A stretch of 64,000 nucleotides of DNA from Gammaproteobacteria bacterium (GTDB taxonomy: Bacteria > Pseudomonadota > Gammaproteobacteria > Eutrophobiales > Eutrophobiaceae). Position 1 is the first letter of the stretch. Each line of letters starts with the position of its first letter. The position numbers and the translations under genes are program-made. Below are positions 9,041-17,451 of this stretch, piece after piece. The notes beneath the pieces are model-generated. The model made no database searches, was not told the origin of the DNA, and saw only the letters and a program-made list of their open reading frames with translations. The stretch spans positions 37,858 to 101,857 of the forward strand of contig JACPSH010000015.1 in the NCBI GenBank assembly GCA_016193395.1, read 5' to 3'.

Positions 9041-11358
9041 TTGCTTTTCACGATCAGCGCATCCAGCGCCAGTACTCCGCTCGCACCCGCCCGCAACGGA
9101 TTGATATCCAACTCCTGGATCACCGGCTGCTCAACCAGCAGGCGCGAGATCGCGAGCAACGCCCGGATGATCGCTTGCTTGTCGACCGGCGGGCTGCCGC
9201 GCCAGCCATCCAGCAGGACCCGTGCCTTCAGCTCGGTGAGCATTTCCGCCGCATCCGCCTCGTCGAGCGGCACCAGCCGCATCGTGACGTCTTTCAGCGC
9301 TTCCGCCTGGGTACCCCCCATGCCGAGCAGTACCGCCGGACCGAATACCGGATCGCGAAGCCCGCCGACGATAAGATCGAGACCGGCGTTCGCCATCTTT
9401 TCGATCAGGTACGCGCGTTCGCGCAAAGGCGGGATCGCGTCGATCCGGCCGAGCGCCGCGGCGAGTTGATCGGCATCGCGAATGTTCAGATGGACGCCTC
9501 CCATTTCCGTCTTATGCAGTATGTCCACGTCCAGTACTTTGATCACGACCGGTTTCCGCAATCGCGCGAACGCGGCGCGCGCTTTCTCGTGGCCAAGGCA
9601 AACCGCGGATTCTGGCACCGGGATACCGATGGCGCGCAACAGGTCCTTGCCCTGCGCCTCGTTCAGCGCGCCGGCAGGCAGCGATGGCATCGCGGCGGTC
9701 TGGGTTATGGCGTCATCCCGGCGTTGTTTACGGTACCGGCATCGCGCGTCGTCGACGACCGCGCGCATCGCGCGGGCGGCCCGCTCGGGAGACCGGAACG
9801 GCACGACGCCCAGTTCGGCGAGCTGCCGCGCGGTCATGCGCATATCGTTATCCTCGCCGGCGGTACCGTAGATGACGGGTTTTGTGAGTCGTGCCTGCCG
9901 TTCCTTGAATAGCGCAATCGGATCCAGCACGGTCGGTTCGTGCAGGACGAATATCAGGATGGCGTCGATGCCTTCCTCTGCGGCGATAATGTCGAGCACG
10001 TTCCCGAATTCCGGCGTCGGCCGGCCGGCGTCGACCGGGTTGTTGATGTAGTGCATCGGCGGCAGCTCGCGCGCGATCCGGGCAATGCCGTCGGCGCTGA
10101 GTTTCGGCACGTCGACGCCGATGGACTTCAACTGATCCAGCATCAGCAGCCCCGCGCCGGCCTGGCCGATCAGAACGCCGACGCCCGGCGCCGGTTTGGG
10201 CGGCAGCCGGATCAGCGAGAGCGCGCTCGCGGCGTCAACCAGATCGTTCGAATTTTCCGCGATGACCGCGCCGGCCTGCCGGAAGGCCGCGACTTTCAGG
10301 TCGTAGGATCCGACCAGATTGCCGGTATGCGACTGCGCGAAGGCGCCGATTTCGTTGCGCCCGATCGTCAATGCCACGACCGGTTTCCGATCCGTCGCGC
10401 GCCGGATCGATTCGAACAGCCGGCGTCCGTCGCGGAATCCCTCCAGGTACAGCGCAATCACGCGCGTGTGCTCGTCGTCGGCGAGGTAATCGATGACGTC
10501 CGCCGCGTCGACATCAACCGCGTTGCCGAGGCCGACCGTCAGGCTGACGCCGAAACCGTCATTCTCCAGCATGCAAGCCAGGATCAGGCTCATGCCGCCG
10601 CTTTGCGACACAACCGCGATGGGCCCGGGTCCTAACTTCTGGTAGGACACCGAGAAACTCGCGACGAGCCGTTGCGGCGGGGCGGCATATCCGCCGGTAT
10701 TCGGCCCCAACATGCGGATCCCCGTCTTCCGGCAGATGTCCGCCAACCTGTCCTGCAGGCGTTGCCCTTCCTCGCCACTTTCGCCGAAGCCGCCGCCCAT
10801 GATGATGGCGGCGCCGGCCTGGATCGACGCGGCCTCCTGCAACAGATCCGGGCACGCCGCGGCCGGCACGGCGAACAACACCAGATCGACCGGCACGCCG
10901 ATCGCGGTCAACGACGGATACACGGGATGGCCGAGGATCGTCGTCTCCCGCGGATTGACCGGGTAGATCGCGCCGGCATAACTCTCCAGCAGCTGGACCG
11001 CCATATAGCCGGCTTTCCCCGGCGTCGCAGAGGCGCCGACAATCGCGATCGAGCGTGGCCGGAAAAGGCATTCGAGACCGTCTTTTTTCGTCATGACGCG
11101 GCTAGGATAATCGAAACCGGAGCGGCGGCGGGCGCGAGTGGAGCGGTCGATTGCCTCGTGGGCGATGTTGACCCCGCCGGACGGCAGTCCCTCGAGCTGC
11201 AAACGCGCATCCGTCCAGGAGAACTCTCGGCATGTCTGCGAGTAGTCATCCGGGTTCGGCACCACCTTCAGCGCCGCGGCAGTCTTGCGGATGGGATCCC
11301 AGACCATTGATTTCGTTTCCAGATTCGCAAGGACTATCACCGAAGGCAGGCACACCAT
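9034..11358 (-). CDS. Acetate--CoA ligase (ADP-forming) family acyl-CoA synthetase (fused alpha/beta; CoA-binding + ATP-grasp)
   Basis: The sequence ...CLFRPRSIAIVGASATPGKAGYMAV... is a CoA-binding domain and ...VIKVLDVDILHKTEMGGVHLNI... is an ATP-grasp domain. The architecture is typical of NDP-forming ACS. The start is uncertain: an in-frame Met at 11094 (MTKKDG...) precedes the first conserved domain, and the 88 residues upstream resemble an ANL-ligase N-terminus (see findings). Confidence 0.8.
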   Translation of the reverse strand: MVCLPSVIVLANLETKSMVWDPIRKTAAALKVVPNPDDYSQTCREFSWTDARLQLEGLPSGGVNIAHEAIDRSTRARRRSGFDYPSRVMTKKDGLECLFRPRSIAIVGASATPGKAGYMAVQLLESYAGAIYPVNPRETTILGHPVYPSLTAIGVPVDLVLFAVPAAACPDLLQEAASIQAGAAIIMGGGFGESGEEGQRLQDRLADICRKTGIRMLGPNTGGYAAPPQRLVASFSVSYQKLGPGPIAVVSQSGGMSLILACMLENDGFGVSLTVGLGNAVDVDAADVIDYLADDEHTRVIALYLEGFRDGRRLFESIRRATDRKPVVALTIGRNEIGAFAQSHTGNLVGSYDLKVAAFRQAGAVIAENSNDLVDAASALSLIRLPPKPAPGVGVLIGQAGAGLLMLDQLKSIGVDVPKLSADGIARIARELPPMHYINNPVDAGRPTPEFGNVLDIIAAEEGIDAILIFVLHEPTVLDPIALFKERQARLTKPVIYGTAGEDNDMRMTARQLAELGVVPFRSPERAARAMRAVVDDARCRYRKQRRDDAITQTAAMPSLPAGALNEAQGKDLLRAIGIPVPESAVCLGHEKARAAFARLRKPVVIKVLDVDILHKTEMGGVHLNIRDADQLAAALGRIDAIPPLRERAYLIEKMANAGLDLIVGGLRDPVFGPAVLLGMGGTQAEALKDVTMRLVPLDEADAAEMLTELKARVLLDGWRGSPPVDKQAIIRALLAISRLLVEQPVIQELDINPLRAGASGVLALDALIVKSKC

Positions 11359-11360
11359 GC

Positions 11361-11374
11361 TTGATCCCGATCAT
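11361..11374 (-). promoter_or_regulatory. FNR-like box TTGATcccgATCAt abutting the first ATG of the ADP-forming ACS ORF
   Basis: It is a 9/10 match. Its position is only consistent with a promoter if translation starts downstream (Met 11307 or 11094). Confidence 0.35.
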
Positions 11375-11574
11375 AATGCGGTTCCGAACCCGGTGCGGGA
11401 AACGCCCATTAATGCCTAAATGACGGCACCGCAACCTTAACAGGGTGATGTAAAACCCCGTTTAGCGTCACCCTGCGGCTTCCTGCGGACGGAACGCATC
11501 GCGTATTGAATACCTAAGTGTTTGATATGCGGAGCGAGGCCGAAGCTGAGTTTTGGCCGGAGCGAGATGTAAAA

Positions 11575-11617
11575 GTCCACGGATGGACTTTTGCATAAAC
11601 TTGTTAAGGGGGAAATC
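11575..11617. repeat. 45-bp palindromic motif, copy 2 (between the ACS 5' region and the PRTase gene)
   Basis: GATGTAAAAGTCCACGGATGGACTTTTGCATAAACTTGTTAAG matches copy 1 at ~36/43 positions, including the tail ...GCAT(C/A)A(C/A)C(G/T)TGTTA. Confidence 0.75.
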
Positions 11618-11633
11618 CGCGAGACAATATCAC

Positions 11634-12323
11634 ATGCGTGCCTGGCGTATTTTCTCGGATCGCATAGAGGCCGGACAGGATCTGGCAAAGGCGCTGGCCG
11701 TACACCGCGGCCGACCGGACGTGGTCGTGCTCGGACTGCCCCGGGGCGGCGTGCCGGTGGCGTTCGAGGTAGCCCGCTTTCTGGGGGCGCCGCTGGATGT
11801 ACTGATTGTGCGCAAGCTCGGTGTACCCGGGCATACCGAACTCGCCATGGGGGCCATCGCCACGGGCGGCATCCGCCTGCTGAACGACGAGGTCATCCAG
11901 GCACTGCAGATCCCGATGGAACAGATTGACCGGGTCGCCGCGCAGGAGCAGCGCGAAATGTCGCGGCGCGAAATGGCCTACCGCGGCGACCGGCCGCCGC
12001 TGGACCTGCGTGGCCATGTCACCATCGTCGTGGACGACGGCATGGCCACGGGTTCCACCATGCGCGCGGCCGTGCAGGCCCTGCAGCGGCGCAACGCGTC
12101 GAAGATCGTCGTCGCCGTTCCCCATGCGCCCGCCGACACGGTCGGAGAGTTGCGCGCGATGGGCGCGGAAGTGGTGTGCCTGGAAATGCCCGAGCCCTAT
12201 TTTTCCGTTGGATCGTGGTATCGGGAGTTTCCGCAGGTCGACGATGCCGAGGTCAGAAATCTCATGAAGAAGGCCGGGCGGCGGGCGTTGAAGAGCGGGA
12301 GAGCAGCCGGCGGGCAAACTTAG
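11634..12323 (+). CDS. Phosphoribosyltransferase family protein
   Basis: Translation: MRAWRIFSDRIEAGQDLA...VVLGLPRGGVPVAFEVARFLGAPLDVLIVRKLG...TIVVDDGMATGSTMRAA... The PRTase PRPP-binding motif VVDDGxATGST is present. Confidence 0.7.
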   Translation: MRAWRIFSDRIEAGQDLAKALAVHRGRPDVVVLGLPRGGVPVAFEVARFLGAPLDVLIVRKLGVPGHTELAMGAIATGGIRLLNDEVIQALQIPMEQIDRVAAQEQREMSRREMAYRGDRPPLDLRGHVTIVVDDGMATGSTMRAAVQALQRRNASKIVVAVPHAPADTVGELRAMGAEVVCLEMPEPYFSVGSWYREFPQVDDAEVRNLMKKAGRRALKSGRAAGGQT

Positions 12324-12889
12324 CCGACGACGTGATGTTTGCCGACGACGCTGATCGACGTCGCCTGCGGCCCGGCTTCCCCCTGCTCTTCGTTGAAGCG
12401 CACCTCCGCGCCGATTTTCAGGTTGCCGAAGGCGGCGTTGATCAGGCTGTGGCGGTGAAAATACACGAGCCGGCCATCCGGTGTCGCCAGCCTCCCGAAA
12501 TTCTTTTCGGGCCAGAGTTCCGCAATGCGGCCGTGCAGCACCGGTTCGCGCGTCTTGACGTCCCCGCGACGGCGGCGCATGTAATCCTCCAGTTGCCGCG
12601 CGACGGCGTTGAACGCGTCCCGAACTGCCACGTAGACGTCCTCGTGCGCGTGGTGCCCACCGGGACTGCGCTTCACCACGATTTCCTCGCCGGGCACCGT
12701 GACATCGATCCGGATGTGATAGAGATTGCCCTTGTGGTGGTGCCGGTGCGGCGCCTCCACCATTACGCGGCAGCGCATGATCTGGTCACAGAACTTATCG
12801 AGCTTGTCCGTGCGCTCGCGGATGCGGGCCTCCACGGCCGCCGAGGGTTTAAGGTTACGGAAACTGATCTCCAGCGGGACCGATGCCAT
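12320..12889 (-). CDS. Ribosome hibernation promoting factor (HPF/RaiA, S30AE) fused to a C-terminal cold-shock-like domain
   Basis: The N-terminal ~110 aa (ISFRNLKPSAAVEARIRERTDKLDKF...YVAVRDAFNAVARQLEDY) match HPF/YfiA. The C-terminal ~65 aa (HGRIAELWPEKNFGRLATPDGRLVYFHRHSLI...LKIGAEVRFNEEQGEAGPQATSISV) follow the CspA pattern G-I-x-WF-x-KGFGFI...G-DVFVH-S-I...G-V-F...G-KGP-A. Confidence 0.65.
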   Translation of the reverse strand: MASVPLEISFRNLKPSAAVEARIRERTDKLDKFCDQIMRCRVMVEAPHRHHHKGNLYHIRIDVTVPGEEIVVKRSPGGHHAHEDVYVAVRDAFNAVARQLEDYMRRRRGDVKTREPVLHGRIAELWPEKNFGRLATPDGRLVYFHRHSLINAAFGNLKIGAEVRFNEEQGEAGPQATSISVVGKHHVVG

Positions 12890-13001
12890 GGACGTCCTCC
12901 AGCACGCGGCGTTGCGCGGCGACTACCGGACAGAGCATAACGTCATCGGCGCCGGGGGGAATGATCCCGGTCAAGTCCGGATCGCGGCGCGGTTTGCAGG
13001 A

Positions 13002-13970
13002 TCAGCGTTGTCGGTCGACAAAGTAACGCAGCCCGCGCAGGGTCGGCGAATCGCATGTCATCAGAAACGTCGGGATCGCTTCCAGGTAGGAACGGTAGCG
13101 GCCCTTGTCGACGAACCGCTGCCTGAAACGCGACGCGTTCAGCTGCGCCCGAAGTTCGGGAAGAATGCCGCCGGCCAGGAAGATGCCGCCGGTGGCGCCC
13201 AGGGACAGGGCGAGGTCGCCGGCCACCGTACCCAGCAGGGCAAAAAAGGCGTCCAGCGCTTCTACGGCATGAAGATCTTCGCCCGAGATCGCGCGCCGGC
13301 TGATCTCGGGTGCGGCGGGCGCCGGTTGCATCGCGGCACCCGGGCCACCGGCTACCAGGCGGTACAGGTTTTCGATTCCGGGCCCCGAAAGCGCACGCTC
13401 CGCGGAGACGTGGCCGAATTCCTGCTCCAGCCCTTCCACCATCCCGCGTTCCCGTCGGTCACGGGACGGCAGCGTGACATGCCCGCCTTCGCCTGCAATC
13501 GGGATCCAACCCGGCCCGGACTTCACCAGGCCGGACACGCCAAGTCCGGTTCCAGGACCGAGCACGCCGATGTTGCCATCGGGCACGGACCGGCCCGTGC
13601 CGATCTGGACCCGATCCGCAGGCCCGAGCGAAGGCACGGCAAGCGCCGCGGCGCACATGTCGTTGATCAGGTGCACGGCCTCAAACCGGAACTGTCCTCT
13701 GAGTTCCGCCGCCTCCAGGCGCCAGCCGAGATTCGTCAGCGTTACGCTTTCGCCTGACACCGGCCCGGCCACCGCGAATGCCGCCGTATGAGGCGTGCGA
13801 CCCCGGCAGCGTTCCGCCAGGAACGCGGCGAGGATCGCCGCGACGCCGCTATGCCGGGCATTTTCGACTACAAATGGGGGGGGCATGCCCTCACCCGGAA
13901 TGGAGAGGGCAAGGCGAGTATGGGTGCCCCCGATATCCCCGAGCAGTACAGGCGAGTGGATTGCATTCAT
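13002..13970 (-). CDS. glk: Glucokinase
   Basis: The N-terminus LLGDIGGTHTRLALS matches the Glk motif LVGDVGGTNARFAL. The length (322 aa) is typical for bacterial Glk. Confidence 0.85.
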   Translation of the reverse strand: MNAIHSPVLLGDIGGTHTRLALSIPGEGMPPPFVVENARHSGVAAILAAFLAERCRGRTPHTAAFAVAGPVSGESVTLTNLGWRLEAAELRGQFRFEAVHLINDMCAAALAVPSLGPADRVQIGTGRSVPDGNIGVLGPGTGLGVSGLVKSGPGWIPIAGEGGHVTLPSRDRRERGMVEGLEQEFGHVSAERALSGPGIENLYRLVAGGPGAAMQPAPAAPEISRRAISGEDLHAVEALDAFFALLGTVAGDLALSLGATGGIFLAGGILPELRAQLNASRFRQRFVDKGRYRSYLEAIPTFLMTCDSPTLRGLRYFVDRQR

Positions 13971-14041
13971 TCAGGCATGGGCCGGTAATGAAAAACTAAT
14001 CATACGCCGGCCGGTCACGGGGGTGTCCGGACGCCGGGTTT

Positions 14042-14058
14042 AGCTGATGTTTTCAGCT
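14042..14058 (+). promoter_or_regulatory. Inverted repeat AGCTGA-N5-TCAGCT ~70 bp upstream of fnr (candidate operator)
   Basis: It is a perfect 6-bp-arm palindrome in the glk/fnr divergent region. A wider imperfect inverted repeat (TAGCTGAT...ATGAGCTA) surrounds it. Confidence 0.3.
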
Positions 14059-14127
14059 CCCTGCGGATATGAGCTAAAATCGGCATGGACCGCCCGCTCC
14101 GGGCCGCCTGTACGGAAACGACCGCAA

Positions 14128-14871
14128 ATGGATGTACACGAACTAAAAATCTCCTGCCAGAAGTGCCGGCTCAGCGAGCTGTGCCTGCCGTATGGCCTGG
14201 AGTCAGAGGAGCTGGATCGCCTGGAGCATATCGTTCAGCGCCCGGCGCCGCTGCGGCGCGGCGAGGTCCTGTATCGCGCCGGCGGATCCTTCCATGCCAT
14301 CTATGCGGTCCGTTCCGGGGCCCTTAAGATTTTCTCCGGCTCGGAAGACGGGCACGAACAGATTTTGGGTTTTTATCTGCCCGGCGAACTGCTCGGCCTG
14401 GACGGCATGGACAAGGACCTCCACAAGTGCACCGCCGTGGCGCTCGAGACGAGTTCCGTATGCACCTTGCCGTTCAACCAGTTGAGCGTGCTGTGCGAAA
14501 AGATCCCGGGACTGCAGAAGCGCCTGTTCCGGCTCATCGGCCGGGAGATCGGCGTCGAACACGAATTGCTGCTGATGATGGGACAGAAGGACGCCGAGGA
14601 AAGGCTCGCCATCTTCCTGGTCACGCTGGCCGCCCGCTTCAAGAGGCGCGGCTACTCCCAGAGTGAATTCCGGCTGCCGATGAGCCGCCACGATCTCGCC
14701 AATTACCTCGGACTCACGCCCGAGACCGTGAGCCGGCTGTTTGGTCGTTTTCGCAAAAACGGGCTGATAGAGACCAACCGCAGTCTGGTCAAGCTCCTGG
14801 ACATGTCGCGTCTTGTAACGTTGTGCGCCGGCCCCGAGGATGCGGGCCGCCTGGCCGCCGTCATGAACTGA
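14128..14871 (+). CDS. fnr: Fnr/Anr-type oxygen-sensing CRP-family transcriptional regulator
   Basis: The N-terminal Cys cluster ISCQKCRLSELCLP plus an internal Cys in ...ETSSVCTLP correspond to the four [4Fe-4S] ligands of FNR. A C-terminal HTH (...DLANYLGLTPETVSRLFGRF...) is present. Overall similarity to E. coli FNR is close. Confidence 0.85.
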   Translation: MDVHELKISCQKCRLSELCLPYGLESEELDRLEHIVQRPAPLRRGEVLYRAGGSFHAIYAVRSGALKIFSGSEDGHEQILGFYLPGELLGLDGMDKDLHKCTAVALETSSVCTLPFNQLSVLCEKIPGLQKRLFRLIGREIGVEHELLLMMGQKDAEERLAIFLVTLAARFKRRGYSQSEFRLPMSRHDLANYLGLTPETVSRLFGRFRKNGLIETNRSLVKLLDMSRLVTLCAGPEDAGRLAAVMN

Positions 14872-14894
14872 GTCGCATCCTGTCGCGGACATTG

Positions 14895-14908
14895 TTGATC
14901 CAGATCAG
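14895..14908 (+). promoter_or_regulatory. Near-consensus FNR box TTGATccagATCAg upstream of the CBS-pair gene
   Basis: It is a 9/10 match to TTGAT-N4-ATCAA. It lies ~115 bp upstream of ATG 15017 and directly downstream of the fnr stop. Confidence 0.5.
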
Positions 14909-15016
14909 CAACCGTTCTTCCCTTTCGACCGATACTTTCCCTGCAGGATAAGCCGACCGGCCACAATGCCGGGCCGGGCGTTTCCGCCAGTCTGAACCAT
15001 TCTGGGAAGAGGGAAC

Positions 15017-15472
15017 ATGAGCGTAGGCCATGTCTGCAACCGCGAAGCCATCGTGGCCAATCGCGGCGACAGCCTCCTCGACATCGCGAAGCTGATGCGC
15101 AAGTACCACGTCGGCAGCGTCATTATCGTGGAACCCCACGGCGAACGTGTGCGCCCGATCGGGATCATTACCGACCGGGACCTGGTGGTCGAAATCCTGG
15201 CGGAGGAGCTGGACAACTCCACCGTTGCGCTGGAGGACGTCATGAGTCCGACCTTGATCACGGCCGAGGAGGACGACGACGTGTATGACGTCATCGAGGC
15301 CATGCGCAACCACGGCGTAAGGCGCGTGCCTGTCGTCGATCAGGAGGGATTCCTGGTCGGCGTCCTGGCCATGGATGACCTGCTCTGGAACCTGTCGCAG
15401 GAACTGGGGAACATCGTGGCCCTGATCGAACGTCAGACCGGGGCCGAGGCGAAGCGTCAGGCGCACGTGTAG
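15017..15472 (+). CDS. CBS-domain pair protein
   Basis: Two CBS repeats are present (...HVGSVIIVEP... and ...HGVRRVPVVDQEGFLVGVLAMDDL...). An FNR box lies about 115 bp upstream. Confidence 0.8.
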   Translation: MSVGHVCNREAIVANRGDSLLDIAKLMRKYHVGSVIIVEPHGERVRPIGIITDRDLVVEILAEELDNSTVALEDVMSPTLITAEEDDDVYDVIEAMRNHGVRRVPVVDQEGFLVGVLAMDDLLWNLSQELGNIVALIERQTGAEAKRQAHV

Positions 15473-15482
15473 GGAAGCTCTT

Positions 15483-15530
15483 TCCTTCATTTTCCAATCG
15501 CTTACGCGACTGGAAAATGGCCATACGTCC
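15483..15530. repeat. Related inverted repeat CCATTTTCCAATCGC-ttac-GCGACTGGAAAATGG followed by a second hairpin; terminator-like, between the CBS gene and the convergent kinase-like gene
   Basis: It is nearly identical in pattern to hairpin 3 of the 33826 cluster (CATTTTTCAATCGC...GCGATTGAAAAATG). A second hairpin, CCATAC-gtccat-GTATGG, follows. Confidence 0.6.
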
Positions 15531-15655
15531 ATGTATGGCGGCCGGCGCTCACACTGCGTCGCCGCCGGCGAAACGCCCCTGCCCTCTTCATTGCAATGCC
15601 GGTCACGGCGCATTCCTTTTGATGACGACGCGGACTGAAAGCCGTCCGATCCGCG

Positions 15656-17269
15656 TCACCGTTCCGGCACGAGCTTCGACGAGATCTGCCCGCACAGGCT
15701 GTCCATCTCGACGCCGGCTTCCGTGTCGATCCGAATGCGGGCGGCCTGCTCGCTGCCGTCCAGAGGTTCCAGGTTCGCGATCTGGTAGTCCAGCACCCGC
15801 GCATCGGCTTCCGATGCGTCGCCGCCGACTTTACGCCGCTCGTTCATTCGCCGGCGCAGCGTCGCCTCCCGGGCGCTGACCTCGAGAATGACCCAGGGGG
15901 CGCCCCGCTCGCGGGCAACACCTTCCAGGCACGCGCGCTGCTCGCGACGAAGACAGGCCGCATCGATGATGACGCAATGTCCGGCCTCCAGCACCTCCGC
16001 CGCGATCTGCGCGAGCCGGCCATATGTCGCCCCGGTCGCGGCTTCGGAATAGATCCCTGCCCCGGTTGCGGATCCCGACGCCTCCAGCGCGGCAAGACCA
16101 TGCAGACGCTTGCGCTCGATATCCGAACGGACGCGGACAGCGCCGAGCCGCTCGAGCAAATCTTGAGTCACGGAAGTCTTGCCGCTCCCGGACAGACCGA
16201 AAGCGATCAGGAGCGCCGCCGTGCGCGGGCCCGAATAGCCGCGGGCAAGGGACAGGTGAATCTGCCGCGACGCGGTTTCCGCGGCGCGCGCCTCCGCCTT
16301 GAACCCAGGCTGCTGCAGACGGATCGACGCGATTTTCGCGCGTACCAGGGCGCGGTACGCAAGATAGAAATTCAGCACCCCGAGCCCGCCATAATCACCG
16401 CTGTGCTCCAACCAGGCGTTGAGGAACCGCCAGGCCGGTCCCGTGCCGGCGCGCGCGCGCAAGTCCATCATCAGAAATGCGACTTCGTCGATTACGTCGA
16501 TCCAGCGCAAGCCCTCGGAAAACTCTACGCAATCGAAGATGACGAGTTCTCCGTCGTGAAGAACGATATTGCCGAGATGCATGTCGCCGTGGCACTCGCG
16601 TATGCCGCCGTGCTCCTGCCGCGCCTGGAACCGGGCGTGCAGAGCGTGGCACTGAACCCGTGTCCATTCCTCCAATTGCCGAAGTGATACGCGTTCATCA
16701 CCGGCCAAGGCGGGATCCGCCGCGAGTTGGCTCAAGTTGGCAAGCGCGGGATCGCGGATGCTTTCGATCGATCCGTGACGGGAGCCCGCGTCGGCGATGG
16801 TGGCGGACGCATGGAACCGGGCAATCTTCTCCGCAAGGCGATCGACCAGATCCGGAGTCAGCTCTTCGCGCGCCGCAATGCGGTCCAATTCCATTTCACG
16901 GGGAAACTGCAACATTCGAACCGCGTATTCCAGGACCGGCCCACTCCCGCCCAGGACGGGACGCTCCTGCGGGCCGGTGATGGACACGACCTCCAGGTAA
17001 TGCCGCGGGGCGAGCCGCCGGTTCAGTCTCAGTTCCTCTTCGCAGTAGTGCTTCCTTCGCGGGAGCGTCGTGAAATCGAGAAAACCGAGGTCCAGCGGCT
17101 TCTTGAACTTGTAGGCGTACGGCCCGGTCAACAGGATGATGGAGATGTGCGTTTCCACGATCGCCATCGTCGGCGCCGGGTGGTTAAAGCGCGCGTGATC
17201 GCGCACCGATTCGACCAGTCGCCTGAGCGCTGCAACAGGGTCCGCCTCCCGTGGATCCATCATGGCCAT
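15656..17269 (-). CDS. Bifunctional protein: aminoglycoside-phosphotransferase-like kinase domain + P-loop (zeta-toxin/AAA_33-like) ATP-binding domain
   Basis: The central region carries the APH/eukaryotic-like kinase catalytic motif HGDMHLGNIV...IFD. The C-terminal region carries a Walker A motif, LIAFGLSGSGKTSV. Confidence 0.7.
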   Translation of the reverse strand: MAMMDPREADPVAALRRLVESVRDHARFNHPAPTMAIVETHISIILLTGPYAYKFKKPLDLGFLDFTTLPRRKHYCEEELRLNRRLAPRHYLEVVSITGPQERPVLGGSGPVLEYAVRMLQFPREMELDRIAAREELTPDLVDRLAEKIARFHASATIADAGSRHGSIESIRDPALANLSQLAADPALAGDERVSLRQLEEWTRVQCHALHARFQARQEHGGIRECHGDMHLGNIVLHDGELVIFDCVEFSEGLRWIDVIDEVAFLMMDLRARAGTGPAWRFLNAWLEHSGDYGGLGVLNFYLAYRALVRAKIASIRLQQPGFKAEARAAETASRQIHLSLARGYSGPRTAALLIAFGLSGSGKTSVTQDLLERLGAVRVRSDIERKRLHGLAALEASGSATGAGIYSEAATGATYGRLAQIAAEVLEAGHCVIIDAACLRREQRACLEGVARERGAPWVILEVSAREATLRRRMNERRKVGGDASEADARVLDYQIANLEPLDGSEQAARIRIDTEAGVEMDSLCGQISSKLVPER

Positions 17270-17326
17270 GCCTTCCCAAATCCTTGCGGTAGACCTGCTT
17301 CAGCGGCGCGCGGCTTCGCGCCGCGA

Positions 17327-17340
17327 TTGATCCGGATCAA
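17327..17340. promoter_or_regulatory. Perfect consensus FNR box TTGATccggATCAA in the divergent region between the kinase-like gene (minus) and the host-attachment/archease operon (plus)
   Basis: Read directly from the sequence. The site is ~118 bp upstream of ATG 17452 and ~64 bp upstream of the minus-strand start at 17269. Confidence 0.65.
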
Positions 17341-17451
17341 GAATCGAATGCCGCGAACGACCACCGCTGAAATACCATTCGAATTGTCGCGTAGCATAAT
17401 GCATCCTGTATCGGCATCCGTGCGCGGCATGGCCGCAAGGGAGCGCAGACG

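Noticed and set aside
12948-12965. aTGATcccgGTCAA, a possible FNR half-match upstream of the HPF-CSD gene.
   Set aside because: Only 8/10 to the consensus, with both outer positions deviating. It is not reported as a feature.
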